From: Octopus bimaculoides
Taxonomy: Eukaryota
DNA length: 64,000 bases
Reading direction: 5' to 3'
Assembly: GCF_001194135.2 (NCBI RefSeq)
Contig: NC_068981.1
Coordinates: 28,950,890-29,014,889 of the forward strand
Shown: positions 11,849 through 25,267 of the stretch, piece after piece
Layout: each line of letters opens with the position of its first letter
Numbering within the stretch: position 1 is the first letter of the stretch
The notes under the pieces: generated by a model
Told to the model about the DNA's origin: nothing
The model's database searches: none
What the model saw: the letters and a program-made list of their open reading frames with translations, nothing else
Translations under genes and position numbers: made by a program

Positions 11849-12489
11849 CACACACGTTTGTATATGTGTAGAAATAGATATTCCTATGGGGTTTAAATCA
11901 GAGAGTGTGACATTGACAGAAGCGGAATAATAATTATATGGCGCCTGACACCAAATGTGAAAGCTTTAGGTTAGTGAAGATTTTAAGTGGAACCCTGGCT
12001 TCTCACTCAGTTTTTGCCATGTAGTCTAGCCGTTTCAAATCTTTTCTATTCTATTTCTATATTCCCATCTTTTATTTTTCATTTGTCCTATATTTCTATC
12101 AGCCAAAGTTTTTACTTCTTTCTCTCATAGTGTTTTATTATACGCTTGCTTTTCTTTAACTCACTGTCTCTTTCTCATTCACTTTTTCTCTCTCTTTCTC
12201 TCTCCCTTTTTCTACCTCTTTCTCTCTCAATCAATCAATCAATCAATCAGTTAGTCTCTTTCATTCCTACTTTCTCTCACTGATACAATGGGTGAGTTCT
12301 AATATTCAGTCGAGTAAATCACTTATTCCCAGTAGAGGTTAGCTTCCATTTATAGTTGTTTGCGTGGACATACGTACATTAGTAAATATATGTGTATGTT
12401 CTTTCTTTTGTTCTTTTAGTGGTTTCAACCGTCGCCCTGCGGTTATACTAGAGCAACTCCTTAATTTATTTTCTTCCAGAAATATTGTC

Positions 12490-12730
12490 ACTTTATGGCT
12501 GGAAGATGTTCCACGATTGAATTTGTAGCAGCTGATCTTTCCTGAGTGTATCCTTAAGTTGGCTGGTCCTGTATCGTCGTTAGAAATGTATTCAATATAT
12601 TTTTAATGTTTCACTAAAAGTCCCCATTTATACTTCTGATTTCTTTAGGTAGGCAGTTGAACAATTGAGAACCTTTAAATTGTTATAAAAAAGTGTTTTT
12701 GCTCGTTATTTCAAAGGTGATATATTTGGA
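12490..12730 (-). pseudogene. CR1/L2-group LINE 3' terminal fragment
   Basis: Minus-strand translation includes QLFNCLPKEIR, resembling the GPxLFNxLP motif near CR1-type ORF2 ends. Confidence 0.5.
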
Positions 12731-12817
12731 GGGTGACAGTATATACCAGTTCGTGCATTAAAATTCCCTCCAATATCTTTGTGTGAATGTTCTCTATGGA
12801 TGCATGTACGTATAGAT

Positions 12818-12949
12818 GTTCCGGGTTCAGTCCCAATGCGTGGCACCTTGGTCAAGGGTCTTCTACTATAGCCTCGGACCGACCAAATCCTTGTGAGTGG
12901 ATTTGGTAGACGGAAACTGAAAGATGCCCGTCGTATATATGTATATGTA

Positions 12950-12991
<42 letters not shown>

Positions 12992-13285
12992 TGTGTGTTT
13001 GTGTGTTTGTGTTTGTCCCCCCACCATCGCTTGATAACCGATGCTGGTGTGTTTATGTCCCCGTAATTTAGCGGTTCGGCAAAAAGAGACCGATAGAATA
13101 AGTANNNNNNNNNNACCGATGCTGGTGTGTTTATGTCCCCGTAATTTAGCGGTTCGGCAAAAAGAGACCGATAGAATAAGTACTAGGTTTACAAAGAATA
13201 AGTCCTGGGGTCGATTTTCTCGACTAAAGGCGGTGCTCCAGCATGGCCGCAGTCAAATGACTGAAACAAGTAAAAGAGTAAAAGA
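12818..13285 (+). mobile_element. SINE family A (5'-truncated; contains a gap-flanking duplication)
   Basis: GTTCCGGGTTCAGTCCC head, central TA/TG microsatellite, tail ending CAGTCAAATGACTGAAACAAGTAAAAGAG. Confidence 0.9.
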
Positions 13286-13329
<44 letters not shown>

Positions 13330-15349
13330 ATGTGTGTGTGTCTATATACATATATTTTAATGTCTACTTATAATCTGCTCTACAACATAGGTTTTAAAAT
13401 GGTGTTCAAACGCTGGGTATGATATTATATATTGTATTAAATTAAATTGATTCTTGGGAGATGGCTAAGTATCTACATCTAAACATTTCTATGCTGGTAT
13501 ACCACAAGTAAACTAAACTTCGAAATTATAATTACAATTCAATTAAATGACAGTAAATCTTTCAGCTAGAGATTCAATTGTTTAAATTTTTCTTTCGCAT
13601 GTTTCAAGATCATGTTAAAATGATAATCCCTATTCTATAACATCACGCATGAGAAGCTTTAGTAAGAAATATTCTCCTGATGGATTATTTCCAATGGCAG
13701 ATTAATCCATATATGCATTATCATAGTAAATTAACATTTCAACGTTTGGAGGTAATTGCACGAATGACAACAACTGCACGTACTTATTATATCCAACTCA
13801 GAGATACGAAAGCTCATATTAAAGCGCAACTTAAAGTCCTGTGATCACACCTTTCGAAATGTATCTTACCTGTTGTTTCATTAGATCATGTGTTCGAATA
13901 TTTATATTTAACTTGATTTTTTTCAGAATATCTACGACATTCGCATATTACACCCTTTTACTCTTTCACATCGCTTTATAATCTCACATGATACATAAAA
14001 GATCAATCAGAAAAGTCCTCTTTTACACGTCATCGGTTGTCAAGAAATTCAAAGAAATCAATGTTGTCTGCTTTCTAAGAAGTTGCTTGAGTAAGCGTTG
14101 GTTGGGCAGCTGGCTCTACAGAAGGCATGGGATCGCTTTGAACGTGAAACTAGAACATAACACGCCTGCGTTTAACATTAGAACTGTATCGTAAAATTGA
14201 CCTTCAGGAGTTTCTGTATAGTTCTCATTTCTTACTAGCTTTGATTCATAAGGCACCATTACGCAAATACCCATACAGCTCTCACACGCGCACTTTCCAT
14301 CAATAATGCAAAGGCCCATATCTTAGGTAAGTCTCACCTACTTTCCATTCTGCTCATCGAAGTCAGTCTTTTCTAATAACATACAGTTATATGTAGATGA
14401 TAGCAACCGACGGTCCTCTTAGAAGTTCTTCGTACAAGCTTCTTTGCCATAATCCTGAAACTATTGCCACTATACTTTTATTACCTTTATTACCGGAATT
14501 ATTTATAACATCTTTCATTGAGATCATAGCTGCAACTTTTCCTTCGCCAGTATATAGACATAAACACTACGTGTATTTTAGGAAATAGTGTTATACAAAT
14601 ACCTTTCTATACATGGGTGATAGATGAAGCCTAAAAATTACTACAAATATTAGTAATTTTATCCAAAATTGATCTGATTACATATGTGACCTCATATTTA
14701 ACGTTGCCAAAAATGCATCAGAATGATAGGCTGATTATTTATCGTAAGAAATTATTCAGCTCTGTCCAGTTGCATATCCCTTGCAAGCACAAGTATGGCG
14801 TACAATAAAGGACCGTGTACATATGTTAAATGGTGATAATGCGACACAGACTATTATTTTAGAAATCCTCTAAAAGGAACCTTTATGTCTAATTGTTAAA
14901 GAATCATTATTTGAAATACTACAAACATTGATATCGGTTTTCTTTTCTCTTGCTTCCATTACTTTTACTGCAACTATTTCTGATAATTTAAACTAGCATA
15001 CTTCCTCTTTACTTATCGCAACCATTGTTTGAATGAGGAATCATCATCTACAGTTACTGACTTATTTATTCCTATCTTCCCCATCTCTATCTACATCTCG
15101 ACTACTCCAATGATTACCCTTCATATGCGTCTCTCCTGTTTTCATTTTTTTTCTTTTTCTGTCTCATCTCTGAGATTCCTCATTAATAACTTACTTATTC
15201 TCGACATCCGAAACCCTCTATTCCGTACAGAAACTGGCCTGCTGCTTTTCAAACTGAACAACAACCATATCTACTCATTCTCGCAAAGATTACTAATACC
15301 GGGTGTACTGTATCAGAAATCAAAAATACAAAAGCAATTATTTATGAAT

Positions 15350-15513
15350 AGGCGCAGGATTGGCTGTGTGGTATGTAGCTTGCTTACCAACCACATGGTT
15401 CCGGGTTCAGTCCCAATGCGTGGAATCTTGGGCAAGTGTCTTCTACTATAGCCTCGGGCCGACCAAAACCTTGTGAGTAGATTTGGTAGACGGAAACTGA
15501 AAGAAGCCCGTCG

Positions 15514-15576
<63 letters not shown>

Positions 15577-15780
15577 GTGTCTGTTTATCCCCCCACCGTC
15601 GCTTGACAACCGATGCTGGTGTGTTTACGTCTCCGTAACTTATTGGTTCGGCAAAAAGAGACCGATAGAATAACTACTAGGCTTACAAAGAATAAGTCTT
15701 GGGGTCGATTTGCTCGACTAAATGCGGTGCTCCACCATGGCCGCAGTCAAATGACAGGAACAAGTAAAAGAGTAAAAAAG
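15350..15780 (+). mobile_element. SINE family A, full-length reference copy
   Basis: GGCGCAGG start, A-box-like TGGCTGTGTGG, B-box-like GGTTCAGTCCC, CTTGGGCAAGT, central (TG)n, ~190-bp conserved tail. Confidence 0.9.
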
Positions 15781-17391
15781 AGCAAGTTGTTCTGATTGTT
15801 TCTATTTTGATGTTGCTTTTAGACCTAAGTCATCACTGGTCAGGTAGACCTTTGAATTACTGCATTGAAGTTATTTCCATTTCATTTTCTGTTTTAAAAA
15901 TCGTGAAGCTCGAGCTATATTAACGAATAAGTCTTTCCTTAAGATAGTTGAGTATGGTTTGGGAGAGATGTAACTGCTATTTATAGCATGTCAAGTAACC
16001 ACGTTGATGCTCTCCCGTTGACTCGCTTATGAATAGTGTTTCGAGCTTGCGTGAACTGAATCTATCAAATAGAATTGCAAGATCCCCCCCCCACTTTTCA
16101 TTCTTTGTATTATTAGTTCTGTCATGTTAGCTAATATCTATTCGGCAGCTAATTCTGAATAAACGTGCATACTTCACTATCCAAGAAAAATGTTCTTTAG
16201 AGATTTTTATGTCAATAGGTGACAAAAATACTGTTCTGAAAGTGCATCAAGCTACATGAAATAGATAGAATCCAACCAATATACAAACACAGAAAACTCT
16301 TGGTTCAAGAAATTCTTTTACTCTAAAGTCTTGAAGAATTAAAATTAATAACAATGAGAAAATAAATGAATAAAAGAAATATCTTTAGACGAGCATCAAC
16401 AAACCTTATTTTTCTTCCTCCGTCACGCAGCATCCTGATACTGCCGTGGAAGCAAAACATTCGTATTTTGCCTTAAACAATAACGCACTGCAGGCAAATG
16501 CTGTAACTTTTTCTTTTGTGAAGTTACATTATCCAAACACAAACTCAAACGCTCGCTCACACACGCACATTTACACACGCACACAGATAGATACGCGAAT
16601 AGATATATAGCCTCACACTCTGTCTCTCTGTGTCTCACTCACTCTCACTCACTCTCTCTCACTCTCTCTCTCTCTCTCACTCTCTCTCTCTCTATCTCTC
16701 TCTCTTTATGTGTACATATTTCTATATATGTTTGTGTGTTGGCGCATGCTTGGAACTGTTTATATGTATAGTGCACCTGAGGCTGTCACAGGCAGAGCAA
16801 AAACAGAACTGCAAAGTCTTTGAAAATTCTGTGTATGATGAGGTTAAGAAATATTCACAACAAATATGAAGCCAAAAGAATCATTCAATAATAGAGATAT
16901 AAAGAAAATCTGTGGAAAAGATACGAAACAATAAACAGGAGACAGACAAGAAGCAAAATATCGCAGCAAAATAGAAAAATACAAATACACAAATTTCACA
17001 GTATGAAACCAGTTGCGATAGCAAACTCATTGAATATCTATATACACACACACACATGCATACACAAACAGTTACATNNNNNNNNNNNNNNNNNNNNNNN
17101 NNNNNNNNNNNNNNNNNNNNNNNNNNNNNNNNNNNNNNNNNNNNNNNNNNNNNNNNNNNNNNNNNNNNNNNNNNNNNNNNNNNNNNNNNNNNNNNNNNNN
17201 NNNNNNNNNNNNNNNNNNNNNNNNNNNNNNNNNNNNNNNNNNNNNNNNNNNNNNNNNNNNNNNNNNNNNNNNNNNNNNNNNNNNNNNNNNNNNNNNNNNN
17301 NNNNNNNNNNNNNNNNNNNNNNNNNNNNNNNNNNNNNNNNNNNNNNNNNNNNNNNNNNNNNNNNNNNNNNNNNNNNNNNNNNNNNNNNNNN

Positions 17392-17463
<72 letters not shown>

Positions 17464-17628
17464 AGTGTGAGTATATATATATGTATATACACATACATAT
17501 ATGTATGTATATATGTAACTGTGTGTATGTATATATACATGCATAATTGTACGTGTGTATGTGTATATGTACACATAAATGTAAACGTATATATGTATAT
17601 ATATATGCACACACACATATATATATAC

Positions 17629-17698
<70 letters not shown>

Positions 17699-17789
17699 CC
17701 AATAAGATCATGAATGATGCAGTTAATACTTTTATAACAGGCACAGCTATTAAATTTATTTGAATTTTAGGTTTATATCGCAATATGCG

Positions 17790-18135
17790 CGGATATGTTT
17801 GTCATTTAAAAGCTCGATTTTTTCAAACACAAATATCAGGTTCAGTACCACTGCGCAACAGTTTGGTCATTTGTTTCCTACAGCATCCTTGCAACAACCA
17901 GCGCGCGCGCGCGTGTGAATATGTATGCGTGTTCTGTGTGTTCGTGTCTGTTTTCCCGCCGCTTGACAACAGGTATTGCTTTGCTTATTTCCTCGCTACG
18001 TAGCGCTTTGGCAGAAAAGACTGCGGGAGCAAATGCCAGACATAAATACGAATAAGCACAGGAGTCGACTAATTCGACTAAAGGTTTAAAAGCAGTGCTC
18101 CAGCATAGCTGCAGCCTAAGAACTGAAACAAATAA
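17790..18135 (+). mobile_element. SINE family A, old diverged copy
   Basis: Recognisable GGTTCAGTACCACTGCG, GCTTGACAAC and GTGCTCCAGCAT blocks. Confidence 0.6.
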
Positions 18136-18716
18136 TGGATAGAAACATAAAGTATAAAAAATTAAGGTGTTAACGTTTTCGTCGCACATCTGCACATATA
18201 TAGACATATGTGTGCACACACGTGTAAACATGCACACGTATACATGCATAAACGTACACAAATACAGACGCTGGCGTGTACATACATACGTTTGATATCC
18301 ATATATGCACATACATATATACATACATACATAAATGAGTACACAAGCAAATACACACGCGAGCAGATGTGTGGATGTGTGTGTGTGTTTGTGTGTATAG
18401 ATAGATAGATTGATAGATAGATAGATAGATAGATAGATAGACAGACAGATAGACAGACGCCTTGCAGTACCTGTCCTGGTTTCTAATCCCGCTTACGTCA
18501 ACTTTGACGTTCATGTGTTCGGTAGTGATCAAATACGATGCCAATCAAGTTCTAGGTTATATGTCATCAATTTATTCTTTCCCCTTAAAACTGCTGGTCA
18601 CGCGGCAAAATCTAGAAATGTTGAGTCACGGAATTCTGGGACACGGGATTTTTCGACATGTGGTGTCTCTCCAGCGTCATGCCCCCGGACCATTATTTTA
18701 CAATATCACCATTCAT

Positions 18717-18933
18717 AAGGCGGCGAGGTGGCAGTAACGTTAGCACGCCGGGCGAAATGCTTAGCGGTATTTCGTCTGCCGCTACGTTCTGAGTTCAAAT
18801 TCCGCCGAGGTCGACTTTGCCTTTCATCCTTACGGAGTAGATAAATTAAGTACCAGTTGCATACTGGGGTCGATCTAATCGACTGGCCCCCTTCCCATAA
18901 AATTTCGGGCTTTGTGCCTAGATTAGAAAAGAG
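18717..18933 (+). mobile_element. SINE family B with 13-bp target-site duplication
   Basis: TATCACCATTCAT at 18704-18716 and 18934-18946 flanks a complete copy. Confidence 0.92.
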
Positions 18934-19174
18934 TATCACCATTCATTAAAATATGTTTCGCGCAAAGTGGTAGAGTTGCGGAAACGGTAGACAATTGGTT
19001 CCCCTTTCAGTTACGGTATAGCCAACAATGTCGACTGTATCGTTCGTCTTCATATATCTTTGTTTATTTTCCTTTTGAGCCTTACTCATAGGGACAATCA
19101 CCCGATTTCCACGACATATAAGTGATTGGGATTAGAATTTTCCTCCTGAAAGGGACACGAGTTCGTTGCAGTGT

Positions 19175-19372
19175 TTAAGGTCAGCAATATTTGAAGGAGA
19201 GGGACAAGTCGATTACAACAACCTTAGTACCTGATTCATACTTTATTTTGTCAATGAAGAAGGGATGAAATGCAAAATTGACCTAAGCGGGAATTGAACT
19301 CAGAACGTAAAACCTGGAAAAAATACTGCTAAGCATCCAATCCGACGTATTGACGATTTTACCCGGTTACCG
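19175..19372 (-). mobile_element. SINE family B, diverged
   Basis: Reverse-complement blocks GGATGAAATGCAAA, TGAACTCAGAACGTA, GCTAAGCAT. Confidence 0.6.
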
Positions 19373-20315
19373 CTTTTTCCTCCTTATACACACATCGTAA
19401 ATTGATATTGATATAAACAACTGTTTGATCCAATCAAATGTGTACCCAAATACCTTTGCTGCAAACGTAAATGTGTGTGTGTGTGTGCGCGCAAGAGAGA
19501 GAGAGAAAGCGTGTGTGTAAGTGCGTATGTATGTATCTATGAATGTAAATGTATGTATGTTTTTTTTAGTTTCAAAATTATTTACACACAGCGTATATAT
19601 GTATATAAACACAACTTTTTAATGTTTTAACATTATAACACGATAGCGTAGATGGTTATTGATGTAAAGAGCAACAACCGCAGTCGCTAACATGCGCTAA
19701 TGTAAAGTGTAAAAATTCATGTAAAGAGGTGTATATTCGAAATTTAATGCTAAATTTAGTGTGATACTAGTACATGTTTCTTAAATTAGGCCCGTGTTAT
19801 ATGAGACAACATTTTGACCTCTTTGAAGAGTGGATTTAGTTCTACAGTACATAAGCAAAAATTGTTATATGGAACATAAACATGTAATAATCTAAGGTGA
19901 CTGCTCAAGCATTCTATATGTTCTACCTCTGCTGACTATAAAATTAAAATCGTTAACGCTATATGCCACATGCCACATATAGCAATTGACACATTTTTTT
20001 TTCACACCTTAGGGTCACTCCCGAAAAATAATGTTGTTTAAATTATAAAAATACAATTACCAAATATAGTTAAGCTTTGAGTATGAGACGTATATAAAGA
20101 AACACATTATCAAATAACACGATCATACACTTCTAAACAAATACACATTCGTATCTAAACACAACGACATTTGTGTCAATGGATTTTCCCTCCCTTAAGT
20201 ATTCCTACCAGATGCATGGATTCAGGTTTTTATTAGCGTAACCCGGAGCGAGGTTACACTCATAAAAACGTTCGCATGTAATACGTACAAAACATTTCAG
20301 GTAGTAGATGTTATC

Positions 20316-20612
20316 GCATAATATGTAGCAGTAGTAGTAGCAATAGTAGCAGTAGCAATAGTAGTAGTAGCAGCAGCAGTAGCAATAGTAGTAGTAGCAG
20401 AAGCAATAGTAGTAGTAGCAGTAGCAATAGTAGTAGTAGCAGCAGCAGTAGTGGTAATAGTAGTAGCAGTAGTGGTAATAGTAGTAGCAGTAGTGGTAAT
20501 AGTAGTAGTAGCAGCAGTAGTAGTAATAGTGGTAGTAGCAGCAGTAGTAGTAATAGTAGTAGTAGCAGCAGTAGTAGTAGTAGTAGTTGCAGTAGTAGTA
20601 GTAGTAGTAGAT
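20316..20612. repeat. Compound (AGT/AGC/AAT) trinucleotide repeat
   Basis: Direct reading; gives the poly-T/A and poly-V pseudo-ORFs. Confidence 0.95.
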
Positions 20613-20824
20613 ACCACCTTAGACAAAGAACAGAAGTGTCTGCAAATATTAATAAAAGTACTTCTCACACATGAATGTGAAATTTGAAATTTCAGATATT
20701 CGAGTTTGTTTTTTGTGCTTGTGTATGTGTGTGCGTTTGTGTGTGTAAGTTTTGCTATGCTTATAAGAGAGTGCATGTGTATGAATGCACACACAAACAC
20801 ATGCACGCGTGCACACATATATTC

Positions 20825-20855
<31 letters not shown>

Positions 20856-20895
20856 CACACANNNNNNNNNNTCATATATATATATATATATATAT

Positions 20896-20967
<72 letters not shown>

Positions 20968-20974
20968 GTTCCTA

Positions 20975-21598
20975 GGATGAAAGCGAGTGAGAAGGTAACC
21001 CAGTTTGCTAAATGAGTTAAGGAAGAGATGAAAAAACAAGCGCATAAGAAGAGCAAAGAAGAATGCCTAGAAAAACCGATGCATGGCCGATACTCATGTA
21101 GAGTGAACAAACCAGACGTAGAAAAATGAGACACTCATGTATGGATGAAGAGCTCAGGAATGAAGGCTGAAACCGAAGGTTTTATCATAGCAGCACAAGA
21201 TCAAAGCTTGGCAAGCAGGGCTTACCACAACAAAATAATGAACGATAGCACTGACCCGAAATGCAGAATGTGTCATGAGCAGGATGAAACAGTGGACCAT
21301 ATCTTAACTGGATGCACAGCGCTTGCAAAAACCGATGGAGTGGCGCAACATATCCATTGGAAGACATGTAAACACTACCAGCTTCCAACTTCAGAAAGAT
21401 GGTACCAGCATAAACCTGAAACTGTGATCGGAAAAGATTATCTAACAGTACTCTGGGATATGCCAATCAACAGCGATAAAGAAATCAAGGCAAACACGCC
21501 GGACAAAATCATCAAAGATGGGAAGAATACGAAATGCTTTATGATAGATGTGACAGTACCATCAGAGAGAAATGTGTCCATTAAAGAAGTTGAGAATC
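20975..21598 (+). pseudogene. R4/Dong-like non-LTR retrotransposon C-terminal region (CCHC knuckle plus restriction-like endonuclease)
   Basis: KPMHG...WMKSSGMKAETEGFIIAAQDQ...CRMCHEQDETVDHILTGC...IHW...WYQHKPE...LWD...ANTPD...CFMIDVTVP...KEVE; truncated by a SINE A insertion. Confidence 0.85.
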
Positions 21599-21600
21599 TA

Positions 21601-21736
21601 TCAAATACACTCACAAGACTTTGGTCGGCCCGAAACAATAGTAGAAGACACTTGCCCAAGGTGCCACGCAGTGAGATTGAACCCGGAACCATGAGTTTGA
21701 GCGGCAAGTTTCTTACCACACAGCAACTCCTGCGCC
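21601..21736 (-). mobile_element. SINE family A head only
   Basis: Reverse complement of the head ending ...CTCCTGCGCC. Confidence 0.85.
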
Positions 21737-22282
21737 GTGTGTGTGTGTGTGTGTGTGTGTGTGTCTACGTGTGCAAGCATGCATACATATATTTATAAAT
21801 TGAAATATATACGAGCATGCACATATTTGTGCACTTTAGTATATGTGCGCATGCACACATACTCGCACAAATACGTGAGTGAGGAAGAAGGAGAGAAAGA
21901 TAAAAAGGAAAGAGAGAAGAGAGAGAAACGGAGAGAGCGGTAGTAAGTCAAGTTGATTAAAATCATTAAATTATTGAACTCTCCCCTGACGATTTACTCA
22001 CTGAGTAGATTTTTTTCTTCCTTTCTTCTTTCATTACATTCAAATATCCAGGGAAACATTAACGTCTAGATCCATTGAAAGACGCCTTTCAGCTTTAAAC
22101 AGGTGCCGAGCAATGAATTAGGTCCAAACCACCGCTGAAACCCAAAATTGATTGTAATTGCATACTGTGTGTGAGAGACGGTGTGCAACAGTGTGCAATA
22201 TTTAAATCAGTAGAATATTTCCTCATCTCACATAAAAGACGGTCACTTCGACAGCTAAATGTGAATTCTCTCTCTCTTTCTT

Positions 22283-22317
<35 letters not shown>

Positions 22318-22344
22318 TTGTATATGCATCTATATATATGTTCC

Positions 22345-22725
22345 TTTATTCTTTTACTTGTTTCAGTCATTTGACTGCGGCCAAACTGGAGCACCGCCTT
22401 AAAGGGTTTTAGTCGATGAAATTGACCCCGGGGTTTATTCTTTCTGAGCCTAGTACTTATTCTATTGGTCTCTTAGGCCGAACCGGTAAATTACGGGGAC
22501 GTAGGCACATAAGCAACGGTTTTTGAAGCGATGCTGTGGGGGATAAACACACAAATATATACATGGAATTGTTCAAAGTTTCCATCAAACAAATCCACTC
22601 ACAAGGCTTTTGTCGGCCCTAGGCCACAGTAAAAGACACTTGCCCAAGGTGCCACGCAATGGGACTGAACCCAGAACCATGTGGTTGAGAAGCAAGCTTC
22701 TTATCACACAGCTACGCCTGCGCCT
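22345..22725 (-). mobile_element. SINE family A
   Basis: Tail and head both present in reverse orientation. Confidence 0.85.
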
Positions 22726-22730
22726 ATACA

Positions 22731-22826
<96 letters not shown>

Positions 22827-23289
22827 CAGACATACATTTACTTGGATATACATATACACACTTAAGTATAACCTTTAAAACAAAATAACATTATCAAGCA
22901 TTCTCATGAGGAATAAGTTTTAAAAATTTAAACCCAAAATATAACTCACGATATAAAATTTCAGAAAATAGAAGTTTCTGAAATATATTCCATTCAAGTT
23001 TATCACTTGTATTCCTTCTATGTATTTTTAACTGTTATTTACTGTAGCGCTTGGAATAACCAAGGCTAGGTGTAGTTTACAAAATAAATAAGACGTGGTA
23101 ACAGTAGATTTAATACATCAAAATGAAATGTGGTTATGAAGAGGTGCTGAATTTTCTTTAAACGTATAAAATATGACGAAGTGTCATAAGAATATAACTT
23201 TCTGATAGCAGTTGCTAAATATCTACTGCATTGAGACTTAATGCAATGATATAAACGTATATGTAAATACATAATTGAAAACTGTATCT

Positions 23290-23685
23290 AGGTGCAGACG
23301 TGTCTGTGTGGTAAGAAGGTCGCGTCCCAACGACATGGTTCCTGGTTCAGTCCCACTGCGAGGTATCTTGTGCAAATGTCTTCTATTATAGCCTAGGCCC
23401 GATCAAAACCTTTTGAGCGGATATGGTTGACAGAAACTGAAAGAGGCCCTCGTATATGTACATATTTATGTGCCTTTCTGTTTGTCCCCTCATCACCAAA
23501 TTTACAACCGGTGCTGGTGCGTTAATTAAGCGTCCTTGTAACTTAGCGGTTCGGCAAAAGTGGCCTATAGAATAAGTACTAGGCTTATAAACAATAAGCT
23601 CGGAGTCAATTAGTTCGAATAAAAATCACTTAAAGCCGGTGCTCCTGCATGGCCGCAATCACATAACTGAAACAAGTAAAAAATA
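23290..23685 (+). mobile_element. SINE family A
   Basis: Head plus tail, moderately diverged. Confidence 0.85.
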
Positions 23686-23689
23686 TATT

Positions 23690-24080
23690 CTTTTACTTGT
23701 TATAGTCATTTGAGTGCGACCGTGCTGGAGCACCTTGGCTTTTTTTTTTTTTTTAGTCGAACAAATCTACTCCAGGACTTATTTCTTAAGCCTAGTACTT
23801 ATTCTATCGGTCTGTTTTGCCGAATCGCTAACTTGCTGGGATATAAACGCACCAACGCTAGTTGTCAAGCGGTGATTAAAGAACAAACACAGACCCCAAA
23901 ACACACACACATAGATATATATACACATATACACGACGGGATTCTTTCAGTTTTCGTCTACGAAATCCGCTCACAATGCTTTGGTCCATCCGTGGCTATA
24001 GTAGAAGACACTTACCCAAGGTGCTGCGCAGTAGGACTAAACCCGGAACCATGTGGTTTGGAAGCAAGCTTCTTACCACA
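23690..24080 (-). mobile_element. SINE family A, tail-to-tail with the preceding copy
   Basis: Begins CTTTTACTTGTT directly after the preceding ACAAGTAAAA tail. Confidence 0.85.
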
Positions 24081-24104
24081 ATATCTCACTGTCTATGTTT
24101 ATCC

Positions 24105-24300
24105 TCTCCTCGCCAGCACTACCGTTCGACAACGATGTCGGTGCGTTTGCATCTCCGTAAACTAGCGGTTCGGCAAAAGGACCGATAGAATTATTATAAG
24201 GCTTAAAAATAAATACGAGGGTCGATTCATTTGATTAAAAATTCAAGGCGGTTCCCCAGCATGGACAAAGTTTAATGAGACAAACATATAACAGATAAAA
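24105..24300 (+). mobile_element. SINE family A tail only
   Basis: GACAACGATG...TAACTAGCGGTTCGGCAAAA...CCAGCATGG. Confidence 0.7.
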
Positions 24301-24324
24301 GATACTGTATGTATATATTAGTCT

Positions 24325-24536
24325 TTTACACTTTTACTTGTTTCAGTCATTTGACTGCGGCCATGCTGGAGCACCGCCTTTAGTCGAGCAAGTCGCCCCC
24401 AGGACTCATTCTTTGTAAGCCTAGTACTTATTCTATCGGGCTCTTTTGCTGAACCGCTAAGTTACGGGGACGTAAACACACCAGCATCGGTTGCCATACG
24501 ATGTTGGTGGGGGACAAGCACAGACGCACAAACACA

Positions 24537-24615
<79 letters not shown>

Positions 24616-24766
24616 GACGGGCTTCTTTCAGTTTCCGTGTACCAAATCCACTCACAAGGCTTTTGTGGGCCCTTTGGTTATAGATCAAGACACTTACCCA
24701 AGGTGCCACGCAGTGGGATGAACCCGTGGTTGGTAAGCAAGCTACTTACCCGACAGCCACTCCTGT
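24325..24766 (-). mobile_element. SINE family A with long central (TA)n
   Basis: Well-conserved tail and head in reverse orientation. Confidence 0.9.
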
Positions 24767-25267
24767 ATATATAAATACAAACACACACACAGGAAAATGG
24801 TTTCGCTTTCCTTTTTTCTTTTTGCTGGGTCATAATTGATAAAGAAAGGAAAGAGTGCAAATGAACGTGGAATCTTTTAAATGATATATTTACTTTTACT
24901 TCCGTGGTTTCAGTGTTTCACAATTTTCAAGGTCATTGCGAAATGGGGACATGTGACGATATGTGGTATTTCTGTCGACTCTGACTGAGAGAGATTGTGG
25001 CTTAAAATACAACAATTTGGTGTATTTTGGTTTGTTGGAATGTTTCAGAGAGCCAAAGGGTCTTGTGAGTGTCTGAATGATAGGTGCTGCAGTGAATATG
25101 TCATCCGAGAGTTTGGGCAACAGTTATTGCATGTTATGATACAAACATGTTAAACAAATAGAAGAGGAAGACAGAAAATAAAAAAAATAACAAATAAATA
25201 ATAATAATAATAAATAATAATGATAATAAATGATAATGATAAAAGATAAATAAAATAAAAAATGAGA

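Noticed and set aside
13095-13145. Direct duplication of the SINE A tail across a 10-N gap (same pattern at 59709-59850)
   Set aside because: Typical scaffolding overlap artefact.
14116-14335. 67-aa minus-strand ORF and AG|GTAAGT donor-like site
   Set aside because: No matching acceptor with an open frame and no recognisable protein motif.
15700-15775. Hairpins CAGTCA-AA-TGACTG followed by AAAC in the SINE A tail as a possible ribozyme
   Set aside because: No CUGANGA core upstream; probably a retroposition recognition stem.
20297-20687. Thr/Ala-rich mucin-like and poly-Val ORFs; poly-Ile/Leu ORFs at 63365-63848
   Set aside because: Translations of trinucleotide microsatellites.
24896-25130. 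Cys-containing frames in GC-richer unique sequence
   Set aside because: Stops in all frames or no splice signals; nothing recognisable.
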